From assembly GCA_964016885.1 (NCBI GenBank), contig OZ024747.1, positions 72,478,001 to 72,542,000 of the forward strand: a DNA stretch of 64,000 bases, written 5' to 3'. Under the pieces are notes generated by a model that saw nothing but the letters and a program-made list of their open reading frames with translations, was not told where the DNA came from and did not search any database. The position numbers and the translations under genes were made by a program. This stretch comes from Eledone cirrhosa. Its lineage: Eukaryota. Shown here piece after piece: positions 1 through 11,313 of the stretch (the stretch's first letter is position 1; the number at the start of each line of letters is the position of its first letter).

Positions 1-170
1 ACCCTTCGTTGTCAACACGTCCCTTTTTGACTTTATTTTGATTTTGATTTTGATTTTCTTATATATATATATATTTTGAATTTTTTTATCTTATTTATTT
101 ATTTTGTTATTTATGCTTCTGAACTACTTCCCAATGGTTCGCACATATTGATATGTGCATGTGCATGTAT

Positions 171-185
171 ATATGTATGTGTATG

Positions 186-262
<77 letters not shown>
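171..262. repeat. (TA)n microsatellite with (TATG)n lead-in
   Basis: Directly visible; abuts the 3' end of the Penelope-like copy at 262. Confidence 0.97.
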
Positions 263-264
<2 letters not shown>

Positions 265-305
265 GATATATTAACAAATGCAAACTATATTTATAAAACC
301 ATATT

Positions 306-370
306 TATTTCATTATACATTTTTCAAGGACACCAAGTCAAATTATGGTGCGCTTTCATCAGATAAAATA
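306..370 (-). ncRNA. Type I hammerhead ribozyme, family 1 (stem III mismatch, possibly inactive)
   Basis: Reverse complement: TATTTTAT-CTGATGA-aagcgcacca...tggtgtcctt-GAAA-AATGTA-TA-ATGAAATA. Core and stem I are intact; the base after GAAA is A, versus T in the 10.2 kb copy. Confidence 0.75.
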
Positions 371-984
371 TAATATAGATCAGTTTTATAAATAAATATT
401 GATTCTAATGAGTTATGAGGGATATTGGTTTTGTATTTTATATAAATAAATATGTATTTAAAATTGAGAATGATTTAAAATTAAGTTAAATTAAATTAAA
501 TTAACTGAGTTAAGTAAGAATATTTATATTTATTTGATTGAAAAGGGAAGATACGGAAAAAACTCCGGTTTTATTTATTTATTCGTTAGTGTGAGACTAT
601 TTAGTCAAAATAAGTATGGATGTTTAAGATACATTTAGCCAGAATCAGTTAGTGGTTATTAATCTATTGAAAAAATATTGAAAAAATTTTGAGAAAATAT
701 TGAAAAAATATAGAAAAAATATTGAAAAATTTAAAAGAAATTAAAAAAAAAAAAAATAATAATAATTTTTAAGAGATAAGTAATTTTTAAAGAAATAAAA
801 ATTAAAGAAATTAAAATTTTAAAAATTAGAATTATATACGTATATATTATATGAAACTTTTAAGAAGTGGAATTACAGCAAATATTAGAGATATTATGAT
901 TTAGAGATATCAATATATTAAAACCAAGTGGATGAGATTGTTATGGAAATGAATAGGAATATTATAAGTATAATTATAAGTTAT

Positions 985-1522
985 ATATAGTTCTGGCGAT
1001 GTCTACAAGCATTAAATAAAATCGTTCTTAGATTAATAGAGTTTTTACATTTAAGTATATAAAAAATTTCCTCAATACACAATTTGCAGAATCTAAATAA
1101 AGCTGTGTTTCGGTGCGCGGATATTTTTGAAACTGTTTCCCAAGCATTTTAAGTTCCATATCAGGTTTGAAAGAGTTGAAGATTCTTTTTAGAAAATCTT
1201 CGGAAAGAAAAAATGTGGTTATTCCAGCGAATTTTAAATTCTGTAGAAGTGGCACCGACATAGTTAAATATATTATCCCTAGTTTTAACTGTGCATTTAT
1301 AGACCACTTTTTTTTAAAATCTAAACGCTTATTTTGTAAAGGACAGTTTGATTTAATTCTACAGTTACATTTTGCGGAGTTGTTGTTGTTCGGAACAGTA
1401 CTATTAGGTTGTATATTGCTAGAAATATTACTCCTATTTTGGTTATTTCGGTTAGGGTTTAAATTTCTATTATTAATTCTATTTATATTTTGTGCTATGT
1501 TCATAGTAGTAGAGTAGGATAG

Positions 1523-1524
<2 letters not shown>
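985..1524 (-). pseudogene. Frameshifted GIY-YIG endonuclease region of Penelope-like copy A
   Basis: CxCx5C linker, VY...YVG motif, C-terminal N..R....CxH; the reading frame is broken by indels. Confidence 0.85.

Positions 1525-1586
<62 letters not shown>
1524..1586. repeat. (TA)n microsatellite between two Penelope-like copies
   Basis: Directly visible. Confidence 0.97.
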
Positions 1587-1589
<3 letters not shown>

Positions 1590-1769
1590 GATAAATCTAC
1601 CAAAATGTACGGTAGTGTCCAATCCGTATGAAGAACTCAATGTAATCCGAATATCATGAAAAGAGATGTATTCAAAAACATTTTTTTTTTCCGATGAAAA
1701 ATACAGAAAAACAGAGTCAAGATAAATTAATAAAAATAATGAATAAAAACAAAGAAACAGTTAAAAAAT

Positions 1770-1907
1770 TCATCATTTTACGATCGTTTCTAGGATATAT
1801 ATGTTTGTGTTGGTATGTATATCATATAGATCTATGTAAAATTTTTACAAACTATCAGAGGGAATATACATACCTACACATATATATGCTGTCTTCAGAA
1901 ATAATGA
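1770..1907 (-). ncRNA. Type I hammerhead ribozyme, family 2, with ~100-nt stem II
   Basis: Reverse complement: TCATTATTT-CTGAAGA-[101 nt]-GAAA-CGATCG-TA-AAATGATGA; 9-bp stem I, palindromic stem III, GUA cleavage triplet. Confidence 0.8.
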
Positions 1908-2629
1908 TATTTGTTTATTGAAAAAAACCAACAAAGATTTAATATAATAGGTCTGTTTGGGAACAGGTTTTGAATTGACCAATAGAAAGGTAGTAAGTGG
2001 TCAAGATGGTAGAATAGTAGTAATAGAACTTTAATTTAGGGGTAGAGGAAAGCAGATTTCAGTTTTGAATGGAAAGAGTATGATGAATGAAAAGATTATT
2101 TGAAAATAGGTCAAGTCGGTAAAAGGTACACGAAAAATTGATGTTATAAAAGAATAATGCTAATGTAAATATCTAAGGAGAATAAAATTTTACGTTAAAT
2201 GTGTTAGTGAAAAATATCAATCTTATTTAAAATATAGGGAATTTACATCTATAAAAAGAAAATAAATTAATTAAATTGATAGGTATATTTATATTGATAA
2301 ATTTATATTAATTCATATAGATATGATAAATAAGAGTTAGATGTAATTGAAGAGTGCTGTTAAAAACGAAGGGAAAATAAAAAAAATAATAATTATTATT
2401 GGGGGGGGGGGATTTATTAGTGAGAAATAACAAATTTATATAGATTATAAGGAACATAGAATCATAACCTGAAATTAAAATAGTTTATATGAATACTTAT
2501 TGGTATAAATTTTAGGAAAAGATAACCGTAAAAGGGAAATAAAATTATGCAGTTCATTAGTAGTAGAATATTAATTATAGGTTAACTAATTTTAAAAAAG
2601 TGTTATTATAATAATTTCTAAGGTATATA

Positions 2630-4570
<1,941 letters not shown>

Positions 4571-4690
4571 TCTGGATATTTATTTATATATTTTTTTCCC
4601 CTAATTCTTTTTTGCCCGTTTTTTGAGCCTCACTTTCATATTTCCTAAATTTTGTTTTCAAATCCATATTTAATAACAACACCATGTTAT

Positions 4691-4758
4691 TTATTCATTC
4701 TGACGACTGAAGACAGACATAACATCTGCCTTCAAGAAACCACTGGTAAATGAAATAA
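4691..4758 (+). ncRNA. Type I hammerhead ribozyme, family 3 (probable solo pLTR remnant, ~4600-4850)
   Basis: TTCATT-CTGACGA-ctgaagacaga(cataaca)tctgccttcaa-GAAA-CCACTGG-TA-AATGAA; GUA triplet; followed ~90 bp later by (TA)n. Confidence 0.8.
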
Positions 4759-4848
4759 TTATCTTATGTTGATTATTACATAACTAATAAGCTCTGTAGC
4801 CTACATAGAGCACTCTTTTTTCCTGTACCTTTCCGACGGAAATACTTC

Positions 4849-4850
<2 letters not shown>

Positions 4851-4903
<53 letters not shown>

Positions 4904-4922
4904 GTACGTTTGTGTGTATGTG

Positions 4923-4965
<43 letters not shown>

Positions 4966-5099
4966 GCATTTACATTGAGCTATTTTTCTCACTGGTAATA
5001 AGATGGTAATCAATTACTGACCTTTGCTGTTTATAATTATATATAGTGTATATATAAGTATAAATATATATATATATATATATAAATAAATATACACGG

Positions 5100-5141
<42 letters not shown>

Positions 5142-5300
5142 TCATATACACGTTTTTATGTATATACACGTTTTTTTATGTGTATATACACGTTTTTTTT
5201 ATGTGAATGAGTGTGTGTTTCTAGGTGCGTATGTGTGTGCGTGTGCATGTGCGTGTGTTTGGGTATGTCAGTGTGCATATGTATGTGTAAGTTTGTGTAT
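4851..5300. repeat. Cluster of (TA)n and degenerate (TG)n microsatellites
   Basis: Directly visible. Confidence 0.93.
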
Positions 5301-5384
5301 TGTCAAGATTCCAGTCAACAACTACGTCAACAATCATAAAAGTTTCAATCTCTACGTGTAGAAACACAGACGCCATAAAACATT

Positions 5385-6500
5385 AACCACCAACAACAAC
5401 AATACCAACACCCACACCACCACCACCACCACCACCACCACTACCGCCCCCACCAACACCACAACCACCACCATCACCACCACCACCACCACCACTACCG
5501 CCCCCACCAACACCACTACCGCCCCCACCAACACCACAACCACCACCATCACCACCAACACCACAACAACACCACAACTACCGCCAACACCACAACTACC
5601 GCCAACACCACAACCACCACCATCACCAACACCACAACTACCGTCAACACCACAACTACCACCATCAACAACACCACAACCACAACCACAACCACCACCA
5701 TCACCAACACCACAACTACCGTCAACACCACAACTACCACCATCAACACCACCACAACCACAACCACCACCATCACCAACACCACAACTACCACCATCAA
5801 CAACACCACAACCACAACCACAACCACCACCATCACCAACACCACAACTACCATCAACACCACAACTACCACCATCACCAACACCACAACCACCACCATC
5901 ACCAACACCACAACTACCATCAACACCACAACTACCACCATCACCAACACCACAACCACCACCATCACCAACACCACAACTACCATCAACACCACAACTA
6001 CCACCATCACCAACACCACAACCACCACCATCACCAACACCACAACTATCGTCAACACCACAACTACCACCATTAACAACACCACAACCACAACCACCAC
6101 CAACACCACAACCACAACCACCACCATCACCAACACCACAACCACCACCATCACCAACACCACAACTACCACCATCACCAACACCACAACCACAACCACC
6201 ACCATCACCAACACCACAACTACCATCAACACCACAACTACCACCATCAACAACACCACAACCATAACCACAACCACCACCATCACCAACACCACAACTA
6301 CCGTCAACACCACAACTATCACCATCAACAACACCACAACCACAACCACAACCATCACCAACACCACAACTACCGTCAACACCTCAACTACCACCATCAA
6401 CAACACCACGAACACAACCACCACCATCACCACTACTAACACCACAACCACCACCATCACCATCACCAACACCACAACCACCACCATCACCACTACCACC
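5385..6500. repeat. Cryptic ACC/ACA/AAC triplet-based minisatellite (units such as ACCACAACCACCACCATCACCAAC)
   Basis: About 1.1 kb of C/A-rich triplets arranged in 21-33 bp units; almost no G on the + strand. Confidence 0.95.
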
Positions 6501-6644
6501 CTACTTCCTAATCCTAGGGTTATACCACGTCTATTTCTGTTGAAGGGCCACGTTGGACATGATGTTGTTTTTGTTGTTCTTGTATGTATCTGGCAGCTCC
6601 GTAAATAATAGGTAGAAAACATCTATGTATGTATGTATGCAACC

Positions 6645-6985
6645 CTGATGGTATCCAATGATGTTGACTTGTTCTTCTTTTTGGTAAATATCATCTTGGT
6701 TAAGAGAGTGGGACTGGCTTTGTGCAGTGCCTTTGCTCACTATAAAAGCTTCACGGCACAGGCATTGCTTTATATCTGGAGATCTCTCTGCACTTGTCGT
6801 CACATGATACCATGGGCCCAGCACTATGTATCAATAATTGTCACAAGTGTAGTGTTTGTACCAGAGTTTTCAAGTCGCTGGCTGGACTAAAAAGTGACAC
6901 TCGTTCAGCGCATTGGTGGGGGTTCTCCTACATGGATATAAAGTAGTGGCTGTACGCGAAAACGAGTTGGCAGCCACCATGTATA
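6645..6985 (+). mobile_element. 3' fragment of an RTE/BovB-like LINE (C-terminal C2H2 finger remnant + 3' stem-loop)
   Basis: 6842-6913 translates HKCSVCTRVFKSLAGLKSDTRSAH. A homologous inverted copy at 9420-9745 reads SLAGLKGHVRDAH. Ends in a microsatellite tail. Confidence 0.62.
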
Positions 6986-7094
6986 TACCGAATGTGTTTA
7001 TATATATATATGTGTGTGTGTGTGTGAGTGTGTGTGTGTGTGTGTAAATGTATGTATGTTTCATTTATATCCATCAATATTTGTAATGTTATTT

Positions 7095-7285
7095 ATACGG
7101 TGGATTGGCAGTATCGGTAGAGGATCGGACGCCATGCTTTCCAGCATAGTTACGTCCCTTTACGATCTGAGTTCAAATCCCGCCGAGGTTGACTTTTCCT
7201 TTCATCCTTACGGGGTCGATAAAATAAAGTACCAGTAATGCACTGGGTAATTGCTGGCCTTGTGCCTAAAGTAGAAACAGTTATT
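7095..7285 (+). mobile_element. tRNA-derived SINE with Nin/Deu-like core
   Basis: A-box-like TGGCAGTATCGG, B-box GAGTTCAAATCC, core GCCGAGGTTGACTTTTCCTTTCATCC...GGGGTCGATAAAATAAAGTACCAG; second copy at 9240-9405. Confidence 0.85.
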
Positions 7286-7569
7286 TATACAACTGTGAAT
7301 TGATATATTGTCTGTAATTTTATTTTATTATATGGAATAATAAAACAGCTGTTTAGTGAAGTTAGTAACAAAGTGACATTGTTGTTTGAGTCAAGCCAGT
7401 GTCCGAGATTTATGAATGAGTCACTTAGTATCTATATGCACTCGTGTTATAAATGCACGTCATTCTAGTACACAGATGTGTGTGTGTGTGTGTGTGTGTG
7501 TGTCTGTCTGTCTGTCTGTGATTACCCTTTAATATGTGTGATTGTATGCATATATTTATTCCTAAAAAC

Positions 7570-8035
7570 TCAAGCGGTGAATCTTTGTAATGTCTTGCAA
7601 CTCATCACAGCATCGCCAATCGATTGGATTCTGAGAATGTGGGTCACTTTCCTTTGTTCTTTCATAGAAAATGTCAACATTCTCAGATTGTTATGCAAAT
7701 CTGTAGTTACTTAGTCCAGTGCACCTGTGTTATCGGATACAATTGGAAACCTATAGTGAGGATACTATATCTGTGAGTTCCACAATAGTTTATTATAAAT
7801 CTTCTCAACCTTAGACAATACATTTACATCCATTGGGCAGCTGATAAGTGCATAATTTTTATTGTCTCTCCCATAAAACTATATCAGGTCTGTTGTGTTT
7901 AAACCAGACTAGTTTCACGTGAATGTTCCACCAATATTTCCTAAATGTTTTAAAGGTATGGATACATTCTGGGGAATGTGGACATTTTTTGAATGGTTAC
8001 TGATGATGTGAGTGATGTTTTCTACACTGATATGT
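7570..8035 (-). mobile_element. Degenerate 3' fragment of an R4/Dong-like non-LTR retrotransposon (restriction-like endonuclease)
   Basis: Minus-strand pieces VENITHIISN, KYWWNIHVK...KHNRPDIVLWERQ*KLC, ISCPMDVNVLSKVEK, YPHYRF...TGAL, SCKTLQRF; PD-(D/E)xK RLE layout with stops and indels. Confidence 0.8.
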
Positions 8036-8067
8036 TAAGTGGTTCTTTTGTTTAAGTATGTTGTACC

Positions 8068-8123
8068 TAAGGCAGAGTCGTTAGAGCGTCGGTTAGAATG
8101 CTTTGTGGTATCCGTTCCGGCTA
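8068..8123 (+). mobile_element. SINE 5' head fragment
   Basis: GGCAGAGTCGTTAGAGCGTCGGTTAGAATGCTTTGTGGTAT matches the heads of the SINEs at 7095 and 9405. Confidence 0.6.
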
Positions 8124-8361
8124 ATGGCTGCATATACACGTGTATAGTCACAGAAACATGCAAGTGTACACACATAACTGAAAACATGCAGGTCCACACA
8201 TACAATAACATCCATACCTGTACACTTACACACACACATACAGACACATATCCACCAAGCTGTTATTGTCTAAATTCTAATGGGGCAGTTTTCTTTCTAT
8301 GTTTAACCTCATTTCTTTCTCTTTTTGTGAAAACTTATAAAATAATAAAACCAGATGAACA

Positions 8362-8492
<131 letters not shown>

Positions 8493-8774
8493 TATCTTCC
8501 ACACATCACTTTTATGACATGCATCTCACAGGTCATCTTACCTAGTAACAAGTTTGTAAAGAAAGAAATATCTAAGGATTGTCGTCATATCATGTTTAAT
8601 GTCCTTCTCATCTTCCCATAACTATTTACTCTTCAAAGTTATTATTGAAACTGTGGTAAATTTTTATTGTTCCACGCGAAGTACTTATCTACACTTTATG
8701 AATCATACATCTGTATATCTCCTTTAAAGAAAATAATTAAACATGTTTTAACTATGTATAAGATTCAGCTTAGG

Positions 8775-9038
8775 AGCGGTGGGTAAGTTGACAAGATTGT
8801 TAGAATGTAGGACAAAATACGGTGCATCATTTATTCTGGCTCTTTGCGCTCTGAGATCAAACTTCGTATTTCCCCGTATTTTTTCAACGCTTTGCGCTCT
8901 GAGTCCAAATCTCGTATTTTTGTTCTTTGAGCTCAATTCTCGTACTTTCCCGACGCCTTGAGCTCTGAATCCAAATCTTGTTTTTTCATGACTTTGCGCT
9001 CTGAGTCAAAATCTCGTATTTTCTCGACTTTTTGCGTA
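8775..9038 (+). repeat. SINE head followed by ~5 tandem degenerate copies of its B-box region
   Basis: TTTGCGCTCTGAG(A/T)(T/C)(C/A)AA..TCGTATTT recurs at ~8842, ~8891, ~8958 and ~8993, with a partial copy at ~8925. Confidence 0.7.
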
Positions 9039-9239
9039 TATTCCCGATACATGCATACCTACATACATACATACATACATGGTATGGACTCGTAACTTCA
9101 GAGGGAATTGTAGTGGCACCGTATTAACATAGGGCGTTCCTAGGGCATTATAAAACCTGATGGAGCCCATCCACTCTCCTGGTTTGAACACAGCAGATTC
9201 CTACCAGAGAAGGAGAGAGAGAAGTGAGAAAGAGATATA

Positions 9240-9405
9240 CAAGATGAATCCACCCCAGTAGTAGACTGGTACTTCTTTTATTGACTTTGAATGAATGAAA
9301 GGCAAAGTTGACCTCGGCGCGATTTGAATTCAGAGACCTGAAAGCCAAAACGAATACCGTAAATCATTCTATCCGACGTTCTAACCACTCAGCAATTCGC
9401 CGCCT
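9240..9405 (-). mobile_element. tRNA-derived SINE, same family as 7095-7285
   Basis: Reverse complement: AGGCGGCGAATTGCTGAGTGGTTAGAACGTCGG...CTGAATTCAAATCGCGCCGAGGTCAACTTTGCCTTTCAT...GTCAATAAAAGAAGTACCAG. Confidence 0.85.
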
Positions 9406-9419
9406 TCACATACATAAAT

Positions 9420-9745
9420 GATGATGGCTGCAACTCAATTTCGAATAATACCATCGCTTGATACTTAGACGTGAGCATCACGGACGTGGCCTTTTAGTCC
9501 TGCTAGTGAATTGCCTATGGCTAGCAATACCATGCATCGCAAAGAATGTCAAGCGATGCCTGTGCTTCAAGCTTTTTTAAGCGAAGAAAGGCTTTACACG
9601 GGGCCAATCCCACTCTCTGCCCAAAAAGAAGAACTGGTCTACATGGTTGGATACAAACAAAGTCGCAGGTTTTATATCAGAGTGACCTTCGCAAGTTTTA
9701 TATCAGAGTGACCTCCTAGAGAGATGTCTTAATGAAGACCAGGAG
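9420..9745 (-). mobile_element. Second RTE-like LINE 3' fragment, internally deleted, with a 26-bp tandem duplication at 9663-9714
   Basis: Shares blocks with 6645-6985: GTATCCAA..ATGT.GAC..GTTCTTCTTTTTGG, AGAGAGTGGGA.TGGC, AAAAGCTT...GCACAGGCAT.GCTT, GGACTAAAA, GAGTTG(G)CAGCCA. Confidence 0.65.
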
Positions 9746-9913
9746 TCTCACACTCCACAAAAAATAAATACATACATACACTTAGGAAATTGCAAGTACA
9801 TTCCATTAATGGAACTCTAAAAATATAAAATATTCCAGAAGTTTAGCATGTACTACCTGCATATATATATATATATAAGAAATAGGATTTCGCTTCAAGC
9901 ATAGCTTTATACA

Positions 9914-10127
9914 ATATGTATAGAAATTTCGTATTTCGAAAGAAATACGATTTTAGGAAGCACTGCTCTGCGGCTGCTGGACTTGAAAACAGCCGAGAAT
10001 ATATACTTTTCTCGTCTGTGTAAATGAGGTGATTAATCTCATTTGCATATGAAGCTGCATAAGTTGGCTCAACTTATAATAGAAAAGTGGGAGGGATCAT
10101 CCTGAAATACGAAATTTCTATACATAT
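9914..10127. mobile_element. MITE-like element with 24-bp perfect terminal inverted repeats
   Basis: ATATGTATAGAAATTTCGTATTTC (9914-9937) and GAAATACGAAATTTCTATACATAT (10104-10127); TA-rich ends. Confidence 0.65.
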
Positions 10128-10181
10128 ATATATACTATCCGGGAGCTTCCAACAGAAATGGTCGCATTCTTTAAGGGTATG

Positions 10182-10320
10182 TCAATATTTATTTATAAAA
10201 CTGCTCTATATTATATTTTATCTGATGAAAGCACACCATAATTTAACTTGGTGTCCTTGAAATATGTATAATGAAATAAATATGGTTTTATAAATATAGT
10301 TTCCATTTGTTAATATCGTA
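10182..10320 (+). mobile_element. Solo 3' terminus (pLTR fragment) of the copy A Penelope-like family
   Basis: Near-identical reverse complement of 262-402, ending at the same base (ATATCGTA) before (TA)n. Confidence 0.9.
10214..10278 (+). ncRNA. Type I hammerhead ribozyme, family 1 (intact core)
   Basis: TATTTTAT-CTGATGA-aagcacacca(taatttaact)tggtgtcctt-GAAA-TATGTA-TA-ATGAAATA; 8-bp stem I, minimal stem III; predicted cleavage after 10270. Confidence 0.82.
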
Positions 10321-10507
10321 TATATATATATATATATGAATAAAGTTAGTCCTTCATCAGTGATCTTCCAACCATCATTGGTATTTCATCGCTTTAAAGA
10401 CCATATACTTCCGGTTGGTGCGAGCAACGACTAAATAAAGTCGTTGGGACACGTAAATAAAGGGGACACGAGTGTAAACAAACAAAGATGGTGAAGCAAC
10501 GAATAGT

Positions 10508-10699
10508 GAGGAAGAAGGAGTCAAGTCCCAAATTTCCATGAATATAAGTTCGGTGAAATCGTGAACGAGAGAGAATAAAGACCATCAAACCTGGTTGGAA
10601 TGTGAGCAAGGAAGGAATTCCGTACAGGTCTAACGGGAGGAAGAAGGAATCTAGTTTGTGAATTCGGTGAACATAAGTTCCGTGAAATCGTAGACGAGA
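10508..10699. repeat. Diverged direct repeat, 129-bp offset
   Basis: GAGGAAGAAGGA.TC.AGT at 10508 and 10637; ATAAGTTC.GTGAAATCGT..ACGAGA at 10544 and 10673. Confidence 0.7.
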
Positions 10700-10904
10700 T
10701 ATATATATATGTATACGTGTACATATGACTCAAAACAAACAGATCCACATATGCAATGACAACCATACCTGTTTACATACACAGACACAAAAACGTAGAT
10801 ATATGTCTAACATAAAAACAAGAGATTCAATTACAGTCTCGCTCTCTCTCTCTCGCTCCCTCTCTCTCAGTGAAAAACTAATACGAGAAAAAACAAACAG
10901 GACA

Positions 10905-11128
10905 TCCATACAAACATCCATACAAACATACATACAAACATACATACAAACATACATACATACATACATACATACATACATACATACATACATACAAACA
11001 TACATGCATAATACATACATACATACATACAAACATACATACATACAAACATACATACAAACATACATACATACATACATACATACATACAAACATACAT
11101 ACAAACATACATACAAACATACATACAT
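10905..11128. repeat. (TACA/AACA)n tetranucleotide microsatellite
   Basis: Directly visible. Confidence 0.96.
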
Positions 11129-11313
11129 ATTGTTTCGGCTGCACAATCTCTGATATTTATCAGTTCTGCAGTGATTATAGACAGATATTGTCTATAAATC
11201 TAAAGTTTGTGTCACTCATGTTGAGCACATGATTCAAATGGAAGGTCCGTCATACCGCGTATTCGTGAAGAAAAAAATATATATAAAATAAATAGATTTA
11301 CGCCATAGTTAAA

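Larger units (their letters stand above)
262..1524 (-). mobile_element. 5'-truncated Penelope-like element (copy A): degenerate linker + GIY-YIG endonuclease, 3' UTR/pLTR with hammerhead
   Basis: Minus strand reads TYPTTMNIAQNI...KCNCRIKSNCPLQNK, then after a frameshift VYKCTVKTRDNIFNYVGATSTEFKIRWNNH and later INLRTILFNACRHRQ, colinear with the ORF at 2630-3553. Bounded by (TA)n on both sides. Confidence 0.88.

Noticed and set aside
5549-6622. 357-aa poly-Val ORF
   Set aside because: Antisense reading of an ACC/ACA repeat; no domain and an implausible composition.
6842-6913. Host C2H2 zinc-finger gene exon
   Set aside because: A single degenerate finger within a dispersed repeat that has a second decayed copy at 9420-9745; it fits a LINE ORF2 C-terminus better.
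7095-7185. tRNA gene
   Set aside because: The A/B boxes belong to a SINE head; there is no cloverleaf, and the sequence continues into the SINE core.
10338-10395. Possible fifth hammerhead (minus-strand CTGATGA)
   Set aside because: There is no downstream GAAA/stem III before the (TA)n tract, and the permuted arrangement lacks a valid UH site and stems.
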